DNA of 64,000 nt. It comes from Chrysomallon squamiferum. Its lineage: Eukaryota > Animalia > Mollusca. Position numbers and translations under genes: made by a program. The stretch is from positions 21,514,001 through 21,578,000 of the forward strand of contig CM022670.1 of assembly GCA_012295275.1 (NCBI GenBank), in the 5' to 3' direction. The notes beneath the pieces are model-generated. The model searched no databases. It had not been told where the DNA came from and worked only from the letters and a program-made list of their open reading frames with translations. Below, piece after piece: positions 1-14,620 of the stretch; position 1 is the stretch's first letter, and each line of letters starts with the position of its first letter.

Positions 1-554
1 TCTAAATATTTATCTGTATATCTAAATATCTGTCTATGTATCTATCCATCTATAACAGATCTCTGTCTACATATGTAGCCATATAATAATTTAAATACTT
101 ATTTATTTGTTTAATTATTTTGTTTGTTCGATTTTGTATTTTTAAAATTTTTGTTGGGTTTTTCCTTCCCATTTTAGTTCAGTTCATTGGTAGAGTAATC
201 AGATGTTAAAGGTTGCAGGTTCAAATCATATATTTTAATTAAATAAAGCTAACATTAAACTGTAACTTTCAAAATTTTAAACAAATTTACATTCACTTTT
301 ATTATAAAACACTTTTTTTTACAGCAAATATTAAAATGTTTCAAAAATATTTTTGCAAGATAACCATTGTCAATAAATCTTTTTGTGAATAAAATAAGGT
401 TAACGTGAAAATGTATTGTCACAATTTAAAACAAATTTACATTAATTTTTATATATATAACAAATTAGCTTTGAACATAACAGTAACAAATAAGAAAATG
501 TGTTGACACAATGTGAAGTAAACATTAATTAATTTCTAACAGTACCAATGAACC

Positions 555-590
<36 letters not shown>

Positions 591-1175
591 AAAATTACAA
601 TTTACATTATTAATCATGTTGATTTACCACACCTGTCCCCACAAAATACTGAATATTGGTGTATGCAGCTGAATAATGTTGGCCAAAACAACAAACAGAA
701 TGTGAGCAGGAAAAATAACAAATCTCTCTCACTCTCTAATACTCTAACACTCTCTGTTACACTCTCCTATGCTCTCTCATTTACACACACACACACACAC
801 ACACACTCATACATACAAAGCAAATTAATATTCTAATAATATTCTGATGAATATAAGAAATAACGTGCTATGTGGATTAGCATTCAAACTTTACATACAG
901 CTTCAACAACACATTTTTCTTTTCTCTACAATGTTAAGCCATCATAAATTTGTTTTTGTTATTTAATTCCACAAGGAGGTAGAATTAAGATCATTAAATT
1001 TACTAGTAAAAAAAAAATGAAAATAATTTAAAAAAAAAAAAAGAAGAAGAAGAAAAAGAAAATAAGAAAGAAAATTAAAAAGAAATAATAATAAAACAAT
1101 CATACTTATGATAATAAGGTTAATCAATTAAATAATTATTGTTTATAATAGTCATTAAAATAATGATGATGTTGT

Positions 1176-1207
<32 letters not shown>

Positions 1208-2022
1208 GTGTACACAAAGTCAGAATACAATCATAACCAAAACAACAATGTACTGGAAAATGTATGATACTCACTAATTATTGTAAGTAATAATATGTTA
1301 TCTTGCATAGTTGAATGTTGCTAATGAATTCTTGATGGATAGGTCATAGTGTTAAAATAACTTCATTTCATTTATTATTATTTATTATTATTTATTATTA
1401 TTTTATGCTGTTTTAGGATTATTAAATCTGTCAAGGTAACACCTTTAAGAAATTCTATCATCCTATTCATCAGTAACCATAGCAATTATTATTTTTGTTG
1501 TTGCTTGTTTTGTTTCTCATATTATTTAATCCCATATTTGTTAGAATATTGAAAAATAATACAGTTACTTATTACCAGTTACTATGGAAATTAAAACATT
1601 TTAAAAAAAAAAATGATTAAAATATATAAATTATTATTATTTTATTTTATTTCATTGTATTTATTTTCTTCTTCTTCTTCTTCCTTTTTTTTTTTTTTTT
1701 TTTTTTTCGATAAGTAGAGCTTAGTGCCTTTAGGGAATTAAAAACAAAAATGAAAAAGGATAAATAAAATTGGTAGGGTTAGTTATTTTTTTTTACATTT
1801 TTTGTTTTGTTTGTTTGTTTTGTGTGTATATGTGTTTGAGTGTCCTGAAAATTAATTGTTTAGATACCATTAGTGAAAATTAGATCATACAAATTTTATA
1901 CTGTTCCAAGGAATGAAATCATTTTCAGAGACAAATGCTTTGGGTGACAGAGTATAATATGATAGATTTCTTATTAGTGTTCTCTATACCAATATTTTCA
2001 ATAATAAAGTACGTTTTCGTTA

Positions 2023-2696
2023 CGGGTCATTCCGTGTCAAATCACCCCCCCAAAAAAAACATTTACACCTGACCGTCTCAGATTTTTATGAAACTTGGTA
2101 TACTTGCTGACTGGGATCCCACAGCACCAAATCAAGACAGATAGTGATCCCTAGCATCCAGAATTGATCATTCAGGTTTTAGTTAATCAGATGTTAATGG
2201 CTGAAAAGGTGTTATTTTCATGTATGTACATTTTTTAAATCTATATTGTGGCTAAACAAAAAATATTACACCCAGGAAACTTTTATATGTTTTAGTTAAC
2301 ATGTGGGAGATTAAATTTCAATAAAGGTCATCTCAAGATCACGTGATCCACACGGTCAATTTCAAGGTCATAGCAAAGGTCAAAAGGTCAAGGTACTCCA
2401 GTATTTTCCAAACTAAACAAAAATGGCAGATTTGGAATTCTTGTCATTTTGCCTTTCTAACAATACCAATTTTATGAAGATTGGCCCAGTAGTTCCTGAG
2501 ATATGAGGGTTCTAAGGTTGGTGGTCACACCCATTTTTGTACAAAATCTCAAAATTCGGTGGGCCGTATCTCCCACACCACTGATCTGATTGGACTAATA
2601 TTTCTGTGGGATCCCAATCAACAAGTATACCAAGTTTCATAAAAATCTGAGATGGTCGGGTTTAAACCATTGGGTGATTTGACACGGAATGACCCT
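2023..2696. mobile_element. Non-autonomous DNA transposon (MITE), about 674 bp, Tc1/mariner-like TA flanks, inside a TRPC intron
   Basis: Imperfect terminal inverted repeats of ~100 bp: GGGTCATTCCGTGTCAAATCACCC...TCTCAGATTTTTATGAAACTTGGTATACTTG (2024-2124) versus CAAGTATACCAAGTTTCATAAAAATCTGAGA...GGGTGATTTGACACGGAATGACCC (2604-2695). TA at 2021-2022 and 2697-2698. No transposase ORF. Confidence 0.85.
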
Positions 2697-3335
2697 TACC
2701 TTTTTGTAGTGAAAAACACAAAATTGATTCTCTTTCTCTCTGACACACACAACAACACACAAACATACAGACACAGACACAAAAACACTCTAGTATACAT
2801 ATATGTGTTGGTGATACAGTTAACGTTTGTATATTTCCAAGTGACTGTTTTGTATTATGTTCAGTGGAGATCAAGATTTTTTTTCAGTGAAGTATAGTCA
2901 GGACTTGAGTTCCTTTCTTTCTGTGTCCATTTTCTTAAAAATGAGCCTACTCTGATATCCTAAAATAAATAACTTTTACCTGTATGGAAGAGGAAACCAT
3001 CTCAATAAAAACAGGAGAGATTTTTTACACATGCTTTCCTAACGACTAGTTCTTCATATGAAGTACTCTGATTTTTAGTCTACAGTGCTACCTTGAGAAA
3101 GTGTAAAACAAATGCATTGGACAGAAATAAGATAACTTAAAGTAATTAAACAATAGCATTAGTAGTTAGGGGAAAATTTTGGCAGATACTGAAATCAGTG
3201 CCCTGTCTAAACATGTGACCATAATGGAAACTCAGAGTAAATGTCATACCTGAAACAGCTTAGATCTGCCACTAAAATTATAGTTCTCGAGGTTACAGTA
3301 TCAGCAGTGTCAGAGATAGCAGTCTTAATAAATAC

Positions 3336-4304
3336 CTGTTTCTGTTCGTACTTGAGTGCCAGCTTCAATCTGGACAGAGTCAGTTTGTCACTATCTACTT
3401 CTTCGTCGTCGTCATCGTCATCATCCTCATCATCACTGTCGTTGACTTTGTTCAGAATAGCTATCACCTCCTCACTGCTGCGACACTGGTCCAAGAGATC
3501 GCAAGCATATTTTTTACACTGAAAACTCAACGTATTGTATGCATCTTTGAACTCGTTTTCACGCAAGGCTAGTTTCTGGAGTTCCCAGGAGAGTTTGAAA
3601 GCTGTCAGAATGGGATCTGGACTTGTTATAGAAATCCAGGCAGGACTAGCCAGTGCTTTGTAAGTATTAATGCGAAGGAGAGAATGACGTAGACTGTCCG
3701 CGTGAACCTGAATCTGGCAACGTTTACAAGAACACGACAACTGATGAGGTCGATTGATCACAGCCCCGTGTAGAAGAAGCAGCTGAAGAATCTCAAACTG
3801 ATTGCAATGAGCGGCAAAAATCACTGGTGAAATGTCCGGAGAATAGTCGTAACTTTCCTCACCAACACGAAAAGCTTTGCTCCAATCAGAGCCAAGCATG
3901 TCACGTGAAATCGTGGGGTGCTCGATCAACATTTCAACTATCCGGTACACTCCTTCTTGAATTGCATACAACAAAGCATCACCAATTTTGACAGTATCTT
4001 GCTCCAGAAGCAGTTCAACGATCTCCGTATTTTCATTATCCACAGCGATCTGAATTGCCGTACGTCCCATCATGTCCGTACAGTTTACGTTGACTGGCGT
4101 CGGTCCCCGAAGACATCGGATCATGGTCAATTTATCTCCCTTTTCTGCTGCGTCGAGAAACTGTCTTTCTTGAGGATCCATTTTGTGTGCGTGTTTTATT
4201 GTCTGCAATGGTATCTCTACCTTTCGAGCTGAACTGCGGGAACTGGTCCGCTGGTCAAGGTCTCTGTAATAGGCCATGTTTTTTCTTTTCTCAAAAGACG
4301 GCAT
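3336..4304 (-). CDS. TRPC-family (canonical TRP, TRP-gamma-like) cation channel, first coding exon; the rest of the gene lies beyond position 1
   Basis: Ankyrin repeats (FLDAAEKGD, NVNCTDMMGRTAIQIAVDNENTEIVELLL, DALLYAI), ISPVIFAAHCNQFEILQLLL, HxxxCxCxxC, DSLRHSLLRINTYKALASP, DPILTAFKLSWEL, LSRLKLALKYEQKQ: the typical TRPC N-terminus. Acceptor ttttag before 4314 with an in-frame TAA just upstream of the ATG; donor CAG|gtattt at 3336. Confidence 0.92.
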
Positions 4305-5411
4305 AAATTAAAATCTAAAAATAAAAAATAAATAATTGAAAACAGATTTTTTAATATGGCAAATGGACAACAACAACAAATAATTAAATGAAAAAATAAA
4401 AGTATATATATTTCAGTATTTAAAAAAAAAAAAATGTTTTAATTTCTGTGGTAGCTGATTTTTCAGAAAATATCACGTTTGTAAGTACATATATTTATAA
4501 CTCTAATAAAGAAAGATGCCATAACCAAAAGAAATAAGAAAGGTATGATCTGAATCGAGGGAAAATAGGTAGCCGCAAATGTAATGGCTCGAAGGTATGG
4601 GTAAATACCCTATATGGAAAACGCTAGCAGAACTGAATATTAAGTGCATTAAAATACCGAAATGCATTTCAGACTGCGACGCCAAAAGCAGAATCGAATA
4701 TAAGTTATGTCTAAATCTGTCTCTGTCCTAAAGGCTGAGATTATTTCAGCATTTTTCAGAAAAATTAGGACGATCTTGAAAATCATACAAGCAAGTTGAA
4801 GTGCTAACCCCAAAGACTCAATTATAAATAGGCCTATTTGCGGAATAAGTTACTTATTAAATGTCATCTTTAATATTCAGATCCACTAGGCAAATTTCCC
4901 AGTCTTAGGTACCCCCCCCCAAAAAAAAAAGTTTTATCTATAAGACAGAATTGAAAAAAAAAACACGTTTTAGGGCACCTAAGGTCATAAGAATGAAGGT
5001 TTTTACTCGAGATGGAATGACAAACTGTTAAGACGTGTTTTTTTAATTATTTATTATCTACAGAAAAATGATATTGCGCCAGATGAAATTTGTTTTTTCA
5101 CTTAATATTTAGGCACATATACCAATAGAGAAACAAATAAATGATTTTATATGGATATAATCAAGCATGCTTACTGAACAATTAAAAGACAATGATACAA
5201 GGTTTCAGGCCTACATCTGAATACATGGTTTGAAATTTATCGCCTGCTAAACAAATAGGCAGCATGTCAGAAATCGATGTGTAGACGTTAATGGTGACCA
5301 ATCCATCTGATGGACACGCAGCGTGCCAAGGATTAATGGGTAAACCTTAACAGTGGGTTTATAATCATTTTTATTAACATTCTTGAAATGCAGCTCAGTA
5401 TTTTATAAAAA

Positions 5412-5448
<37 letters not shown>

Positions 5449-6028
5449 TTGAAAGATAGTAATGCAATTTGTTTGGTTGATTAATGGATATGCGATCGAT
5501 AGCTGAAAAGGAATTTTAAAGCGTCTACAAAGGTTTGACGGTTTCTGTTGTTCCGTTTCACTTCCTTTCTCTTCTCTTTCCTAACACGAGACCGCCTATT
5601 TGATCTAACGTTTTAATTACAAAATAAAGATGACGTTTTAAAATTCGTATAACTGTGATTGATTTGGATTAATGTAACACACCGGCGAAACGTCTGTCAA
5701 TATTTAAATATTGCACGATAACTAAACATAATTGTTAATGATTTATTTCATCAGTCTCGAACGTTGAAAATACCTTTATCATCTGTTTAAAGAGTTCACG
5801 AATAACACATCTTTAATCTTCATTTGGCTTTATCCCTTTCAGACCAAAAATAAAATAAATAATGTTCGTGTTAGTTTTGTTGTTTTTATTTTCGTTTTAT
5901 TTTTGTTGTTTTCTGTTTGGTGAAGGAAAGTGCATGTAAAAGTTTCATTTGTGTTATGACAAAAACAGTCTAAGGAGTGACTGTGCGTGCTTATAAAATA
6001 ACCATATATATACACACATACACATACA

Positions 6029-6074
<46 letters not shown>

Positions 6075-6605
6075 CAGATAGATTAATCCATTATAGCACA
6101 GTGATTATTATAAAAATAGAATAAGTTATCACGATTCATAGTAAAAATCATTAATGTTATTGCAAACTAATTTATGTAATTTATTTACATCGTTATCACT
6201 TCATTACTATTTGTACTGTTCACATCATTTGCTTTATTGTAGTGAGCATGTAGAATAAAATGTAATGATTTGTAATACATTTGGACATATTTAAAACAGA
6301 CGTTTTTCCAGATATTTATTTTAAAAATCGTAAATGTTGTATTACACCCAGAGGCAGCATTGTGTATTTTGTAGGTGATTATTTCAGTAAATAAAGAATA
6401 TTACGACTGACTTGGTTTCATTGTTCAGAATCAAATATCATAGTAACAGATTAATGTGGGTTTTTTTCAAAGTAGGCAGAATTGGATATTCAACAAAAAG
6501 AAGTATCTATCTTTTTTCTCATTATCTTTCTTTTTTCTCTCTCACTGAGTTTCATGTTGTTGCAATGTTATTTTATTATTTGTTTCTTTCAAACATTTGT
6601 GTCAT

Positions 6606-6609
<4 letters not shown>

Positions 6610-6676
<67 letters not shown>
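6610..6676. repeat. (CT)n microsatellite
   Basis: Perfect dinucleotide run. Confidence 0.95.
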
Positions 6677-6680
<4 letters not shown>

Positions 6681-9001
6681 CAGTTCACATCTTTCTCCTT
6701 TTTATCTTCATTTCCTCCACTCTCGTTTAAAGAAATCTTTCACGTTATTGAATATTATATATTCTTATCTGATACCTAATAAAATAATATAATAATAGTA
6801 ATAAAAACAAAGAAACAAATAAATCTAAATATTAAAGAAAGAAACCAAAAATAAAATAACTACAACAGCATAAAAAAAAAATATATATATATAAAGAAAA
6901 ATAATAATAGTTGACAAAAACATTCACACACCATATACATGTAACTGATATACATGTATCCAAACACACAAAATATATATCATTATATTCATACAAGTGT
7001 AGAGTGCATAAACACATATACTTATTCTCATACATATTTATTCATGTAGAATGCACACAGACACCCACCGACATACAAATGCATATGCATTTTATATATA
7101 TATAATTAACTTAATGTGGAATTCATACATGAACACAAAAAGTATATATATATACTCATCAACATACATACATGCAAACATGCATACAAACTCATACACA
7201 CGCACATATAGACTTATACACACATACACACACTAATTACAGAAAAAGAAGAAAACAAAATGTTTTTAAAATTCGATAAATGCATTTTAGACCAGTTATT
7301 AGAGGAAGAAAGAAAGAAAGAAAGATCGTGATTAATCAAAAATTAACCTTAATTAGAGAAATAATCATAAACAGGATTTACTCCTAAACTCTGAGGTGAT
7401 TACAACTTTTAATGAGCTGTTTACATGCGAGGTATCGGCTGAAGGTCACTGTAATAAGAATCATGGTCTTTTGTTTCTGTGCGTACGTTTGTTTTCTTTA
7501 TCTCCGTCTCCATGTGTGCTTACATTTATAACACAGATGTAATAGAGCTGAACAGTATTATACAAGTAGTATGTGATCTATACTGTATGCACCAACTGCT
7601 TAACCAAAAATACTCTCTTATCAGTTTGTATTTATGTCTGTGTCTGCATTTGTGAGTTTGTCTTTGTTTTGTATATGTATGCATATGTGTGTCTGTGTAT
7701 GTGTTTCTGTGTAGGGGTATGCATGTGTGTTTATGTGTATGTATGTATGTATGTATGTATGTATGTATGTATGTATGTATGTATATGTATGTATGTATGT
7801 AACATGATGATGATGATAAGAGTAATGATAACAATGATGATAATAGTAATCATTATAATATCAACAACAACAATAATGATGATGATAATAGTAATAATAA
7901 TAATAATGAAGAAGAAGAACGAAAACAATAAGAAGAGCGCACTGCAAATGTATGAATTATAAAATAACTATTTCTGGTTGTGAAATAATCGAAAATTAGA
8001 CTTAAAATTTAAAAAAGAAAAAGAAAGAAAACAACAAATGAGATATAACCTTGTCAAAGAAAACAAACAAACCACTCTTAAGGCCAAATCTAAACTTCAC
8101 CCATCCAAACTGTACAAAATAAACCAAATAAATAAATAAATAAATAAATAAATAACTTATTTTTAAAAAGCATACACATAAAAAATAATAATAATAATTT
8201 AAGAAAAAAAAGAAGGAAAAAAACAAAAAGAAAAGAAAAATTCAGAAGAAAAACAAAATGAAAATGACCATGAGATTAACTGTATAATAAACTGAATGTG
8301 ATAAACACGACTGCCTAATTATAATTATGGCAAGCTACAATTATTCTAATCAAATATTCTGCGTGAATCATAACAACAAAAACAACTGGGCTTGTCACAA
8401 CGAAAACATTTTCATTTCAATATATCGGGAAATCGCAAGTCTCACCTGTTATTCAAGCAGTAATATGACACTGGCTGGAAATGGTACACATGATACAACA
8501 CTGAGGATCGATCCAGCAACCCTGTGTCAGCAAATACAATTTAGACCTCTTGCACAGCCATTGACTTAGTTAACTACTAATGTAATCTGTTCCCAGTCAC
8601 GTTTTTTCTCCTCCATTTAAAAAAAAAAAAAAATGTCTCTCAGGACGTTTAATAACATGACAAATTAATCCGAAAAAAAAGAGGAAACAAAAGACAGTTT
8701 TCATTTCGTAGGTTATTGACGTGGCAAAGAAAATATGCAGCTACTTTTCCTTAGACTTTCTTCAATTCAACTCTGGAATACAATTTCAATAAAGTTAATT
8801 AATGAAGAAGGCAGTAGCTTTGTTCCGAGGCTAATAAGTTTGAATGACTCTGGATTTAAAACTGAACTAACCTACATATGTGAAATAAATGAGGTTAAGT
8901 TGTGTGTAATCTTTAATTAATTTACATCTATTCTGTAGTGTGGCTAATTAAGATTCAGGTTCTCCATTTTTAATTACTTTCTTGTTTTACCTGTCTCTCT
9001 G

Positions 9002-9002
<1 letters not shown>

Positions 9003-9074
<72 letters not shown>
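9003..9074. repeat. (CA)n microsatellite
   Basis: Perfect dinucleotide run. Confidence 0.95.
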
Positions 9075-9075
<1 letters not shown>

Positions 9076-9852
9076 TCTCTCTCTGTCTTTGTCCCACTTT
9101 CTCTCTACCTGTTTATCAAAATGAAATGAGAGGAAAGAAAACAAAATAATAAATAAATAAATAAAATAAAATAAAATAAAATAAAATAAAATAAGATAAA
9201 AAATCAAGTATAGAAATTCTATAGAAATGTAATAACAAAAAAGCAACAACAAACAACTGCATTACTTTTTTTCAAAATAATCTAATCAACAATGGGAAAT
9301 AAAAAGATGTGACATTTTTATTTAGACGCCCTTCTTTATTTCCAATAATTTTGTTTCAGTGCCATAAAAATCAAAACAAAACAAAATCTGAATAACGTCA
9401 AGTGAGTCAGAACAAAAGCACTATGCCACTGATTATGTACCATAACATCCAAGATCATAAAATAATAATGATTAATTCTACACATAAAACTGGTTAAAAC
9501 AACAAAAAAAAAAAAAATAATAATAATCAAAAATTAAAAATAGAGCAGCTTCCATTACAAAAATGGAGGTCGTGACTTCAGGAATTGAAATAACTATCCA
9601 TTAAAGTAATAAGACTCTTTTCATTGTTTCTTTGATTTAAACAAACAAAAAAAGATTTAAGTTAATAAAACTGAAATTAAATGATGTTTGACTGTTTGGA
9701 GGTTGAGAGCATCCTTGGTAACCATAAACTTGTTTCCGAAATGTCAAAAGGATTTAATTGTTGTTATTTTTTGAAGTGTAGGTGGGCATGATGGGAAATA
9801 AAAGTAATAGTTTTGTTTATTTTTATAAGAAAACAGGAAATAATTCCATAGT

Positions 9853-9903
<51 letters not shown>

Positions 9904-10939
9904 CAACCACAACAATAAAAACTACCATAACAACAAAAATCAAAATTAATAATAATAGTAGTAAAAATAACATTAACAACAACAACAACACTAAGAACAT
10001 AAGTAAAGCACGAAGGACAAAAGATAAGCAAAAACATTTCAGCCAGCTGTCAACAGCACAGCCTACACGTACGAGTACTTGGGAGAAAAGCTGTTTGAAA
10101 TATGAGAATGTATAAAAATATGTAATTATGAGATTTCACTGTCAGGTATTGACTGAAGCTGAAGACAGCCACCAGTCCATGTATGAAGGTGTACTTAGAT
10201 GACTGCACTCATACACCATCACAAGAGCATCTGACTTTTTCATTTGAGAAATGTGACTGTAATTATAGGTGTTCTGTTTTCATTTGAGATGTTACTGACC
10301 ACTGTTTGTGTTTGTATGTATGTATGTATGTATGTATGTATATGTACATGCAGATGGACAGACAGAAACACACATGCATATGTAGTACAGAACGTATCTA
10401 TGTAAGTGTAAATGTGCATACGTATGTGAGTGCTTGTGTGTATGTTATAAACAAATATTAATCAAATTATTATATTTGCCATGGCCACTATTGCATTACA
10501 CAGCTTGGTAATACAGTTAGTTATATTATAAATAAAATATGATGATGAAGTTGATAATTTGCTTGTAAGTAACAAGAAAACAACTTGCTGTATTATAAGG
10601 TAATAATTATATAATTCACAGATAGAGTCAAAAATGTAGCCAATTTTTCCAAAGTTTGTTTTAACAAATATTTACTATACTGTTAAATCTAGAGCAGTAA
10701 TCTGTAATATCTAGATACTGCTGACTATACAGATCTGACTCAGCATCAACATCAGCATCAATATGGCATCAGACTGTAGAGAAGACCACAAAGGGAGGAC
10801 GTTAGAGCGAGCAGAAAGTAAGGAGTATCTGATGACGAGAAGTAAGAAGATATTGCAGAACAAAGAAAAATAAAATGAAATATATCAAAATAATAATGAT
10901 AATAATAATAAATAGAAGAAAAATATATATAAATTAAGA

Positions 10940-10971
<32 letters not shown>

Positions 10972-12501
10972 TAACAACAACAACAATAACAATGATAATA
11001 ATTAAATAAAATAGAAAAATTGTGTTTCAAATTGTAAATTAAAATAGGTATAAATATATTTTAAGAAAATCTGGACAAACAAATAAACAAAAAAATAAAT
11101 AAAAAACAAAACAAAACAATACAAGTGAAAGAAAATAAAACAATAATAATAACAATAAGACAAACAAGAAATCACAACAAAAGCAAAGAAAAAAAAAAAA
11201 AAAAAATAAAAACAAAATAAAATAACAATAATATATTAGTTAAATACTTATTTTAGCCCTTCTAAATAACACCATGATAATTTTTCACAAATTGAAAAGA
11301 CAAAACAATAAAATAAAATAAAACCAGTAAAATAAATAAAATAAGAATAAAAACAAAAAACAAAAAAAAAACACATGACATACAAGTAAATAAATAAATA
11401 AATAAATAAAATACAACAGCTGAAATAAGATAAATAAATGCATATAAATAAAAGAGAAAAGAAATTCCGTGATGTTTGTAGAAAATAATAATGAGACTGA
11501 CCTGTTTGTTTTCGTGTGACACCGGATATAAAATGTACACATCTCATGAAAGACAGTCAATAAAAAAAGGATTGATTTCTTATTTCTTACAGATATTTTA
11601 AAGTAATTTTTTTTTCATAGTGCTAAACTGTCACTTCCTGACACTAATGCTTATAATAATAGCATGTTAGGATGATTATCATTATTGTTATTGCTACTTT
11701 AGAGGTTTATCAGTATGATCATTATGGTCATAATTGTAATTAATCCAAAATTATCATCATGATCATTATCATTATCACTAGAACTGGCTTCATTTCCTCC
11801 TACTCATCATCATTATTACATGTTCTGGAAAAGCCAAAAATCCTCTCATTGTTACAATCAGCTTATGCTTATACTGTCATCCATTATTGTAACAAAAACA
11901 TCATCATCTTCATCATAACAGAAATATTATTGTTAAATTTATCAAATCATCATCACAGTAATCATTTTCAATGACATTATTGTTGCTATCATCATCATAT
12001 CATCATCTTCATTATCATTAAAAACATAGTCTATATATAAAAGTATCATCATCAACATTTGATCATCTCTTTCACCATCATCATGTCAAATTTATCACCA
12101 TCTTCAGTATCAGTGTTAACACCATCATCATAACAGGGAAGAGTAAAAATCTCTGTACAGAAAACTTGACAATGATAAAAGCTTTTCTCCTCCAGTTCAG
12201 AACTGTCCATGAAAATACAATGTCCAAAAAATTACTTCTCTCAAAAGAAAGCTCACTTTCCATGATTAAAGTTTTAATACTTCTTTTAAAAATAACAGTG
12301 AAAGAAGACTGGCACAGTTATAAAAGATAAAATAATTAGTTTCCATTTGCAAACAGAACAGAACTATGATAAGAAATATATAATTGAAAACATATATCTA
12401 AGCTGACATATATTAAAGTATATTATGTTTGTAATGTTCATTAAATAAAACAACAAAAATTAGAAGAAAAAAAATTGGCCTAAATGCAGCTAGATGTTTT
12501 T

Positions 12502-12549
<48 letters not shown>

Positions 12550-12727
12550 TAAATAAAAAAAGAGAAGTCTGTATAAAAACAAACAGCAAAGATCTATATA
12601 TTTAAACAATGAAGACAAGGAAATTATTTAAATGTAGATCAGTAAGATAATACCTCTCCACTGTAAATGAATATAATATGCTGAGATATATAAAAATATA
12701 TAGAAACATGTATTTATATAAGCACTG

Positions 12728-12771
<44 letters not shown>

Positions 12772-14411
12772 CACTGCAAATATATATATATATATATTTA
12801 TTTATTTATTAAAAAAGCAGAAGAAATAAGAATACAGTAATACATATAAACACTATATATATACATACTGTTTATAGAGAGAAATAATTATCTGAATTTA
12901 AGTCTGATATCAACAAACAAACAAATAGATAAATTAAAAAAATTAAAAATTTCCCTCCAAACCCCACAAATAAATAAATATAAATAAAACAAAAAACCAA
13001 AAACACAACCAAAAAAAAAAAATAATAATAATAAAAAAAAAAATATATATATAAACACAAATCAAATAAATATCCGATTTCTTTTTAAAATTAACAAAAA
13101 ACAACAACTGATATCTAAACAGACATATACAATTACTCACTCAATATCTGCTATCCAAAAGAAAGAGAAAGCAAAAAAACAAACAAATTCAACCCAACAG
13201 TTCCTCTTATTCTAGCAATCTACATTGGAAATCCTCGCTGTGTGTGAAGACTTTCTTTGAGAAATGCAGTGACTGGGGACACTGACAAGAGAAGCAATCC
13301 ATACTGAACTCGTCTGGTTCATCACAGGATGAGAAACTGACTGAGACTGGGCGTGCCCACCACACAACATTCAGTCGCAAGCTGCAGCTTTTTGCTGGTG
13401 TGTAATGGAATCAGCGAAAAGACATTAATATCATTAATCAGCCTGAGTGCTGTTAAAAGCTAACAGTTATTAAATTTATCTACAGGTGAGGAGAAATATA
13501 CACACATATATATTATATATATTATATAAAAATGTGTTTGGAATGGGTGCACTTTGATGGCAATGTACTGATTACAGTCAAAACAAAATAAAACCCCAGT
13601 AAATGAAGTTAATTAGTAAATAAACGAATTAATGTCATTCCTTCCACAGCATGTAAACTAAAGGAGTGACAGACAGACAGAACGACAGTATAAAGACAGA
13701 AACACAGATATAATATTAATAACAAACCTCATCAGTGTAAAGAAATATTAAGTAATACTGATGAATAAATAGATAATTAATATATTTAACGATGTCAGTC
13801 AATATTTGATGTAACTATAGATAAATTCCTGAATCATTTCACAACAAGTTAACTTACAATGGTGAGATTCAAACATTTCCAATCAGTTTCAGTACAAATA
13901 TTTCTAATCAAAAAAACCCTCTCCACCAATTCCACACATCTTAACTTTTTAAAACATTGCTTCTGAACACATAAACCTCTAAATGTTTATACTTCAATCA
14001 AGGCACCCCAAAAAATGTCAAATCTCTATTGCTTATTATACTTCAGGAAAGCCTTAAAAAAATGATGTAAGAACTACGAAAAAGTATACTTCGAAATGAG
14101 GCCTGTAAAAAGGTAGAAGAACAAACCGTCTACACTAGGAAATCTTGGGGAGAACGGAAGTAGTGAGTCAAATGGGTCAGTAGTAATCCTGAGTAGAAGT
14201 TCACTGGGTTGACGGAAGAGTGGCTGATAGCATCACAGCACTTTGCTTACTCTGGATTACAAATATTGATTTCTCCAACCCCTCCAGACACCAGCAAAAT
14301 TCAAGACAGTGCCCACTGCTTCCCTGATCAATGAGTTGGTTGGTTCGAAGTCAGTGTCTCTCTCTATAAACATCAAGAAACTGAGCTTATCTGATTCACC
14401 TCTTCTCTTTC

Positions 14412-14620
14412 TAAATAACATTACTGAAGTTTTGGTATTTTTCTCTTGTTAAAATAACATTACTGAAGTTTTGTTATTTTTCTCTTGTTAAAATAACATT
14501 GCTGAAGTATTTTTTTTTTTCTGTTAAAATAACATTACTGAAGTATTTTTTTTTTCTCTGTTAAAATAACATTACTGAAGTTTTGACACTTTTCTCTTGT
14601 TAAAATAACATTACTGAAGT
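14412..14620. repeat. Minisatellite, unit about 37 bp, about 6 copies
   Basis: Recurring core AAATAACATTACTGAAGT followed by T-rich linkers ending in TGTT. Confidence 0.9.

Noticed and set aside
172-230. tRNA-like A-box and B-box sequence (TTGGTAGAG...GGTTCAAATC)
   Set aside because: Too degenerate to fold a cloverleaf; more likely a decayed SINE head.
3207-3335. C-terminal tail of the 365-aa TRPC ORF (VFIKTAISD...)
   Set aside because: Read-through past the CAG|gtattt donor; TRPC similarity stops at YEQKQ.
14412-14620. CRISPR-like look of conserved 18-mers with variable linkers (also 50490-50790 and 56358-56790)
   Set aside because: Linkers are related to each other rather than unique spacers, there are no cas genes, and the context is eukaryotic intron or intergenic DNA.
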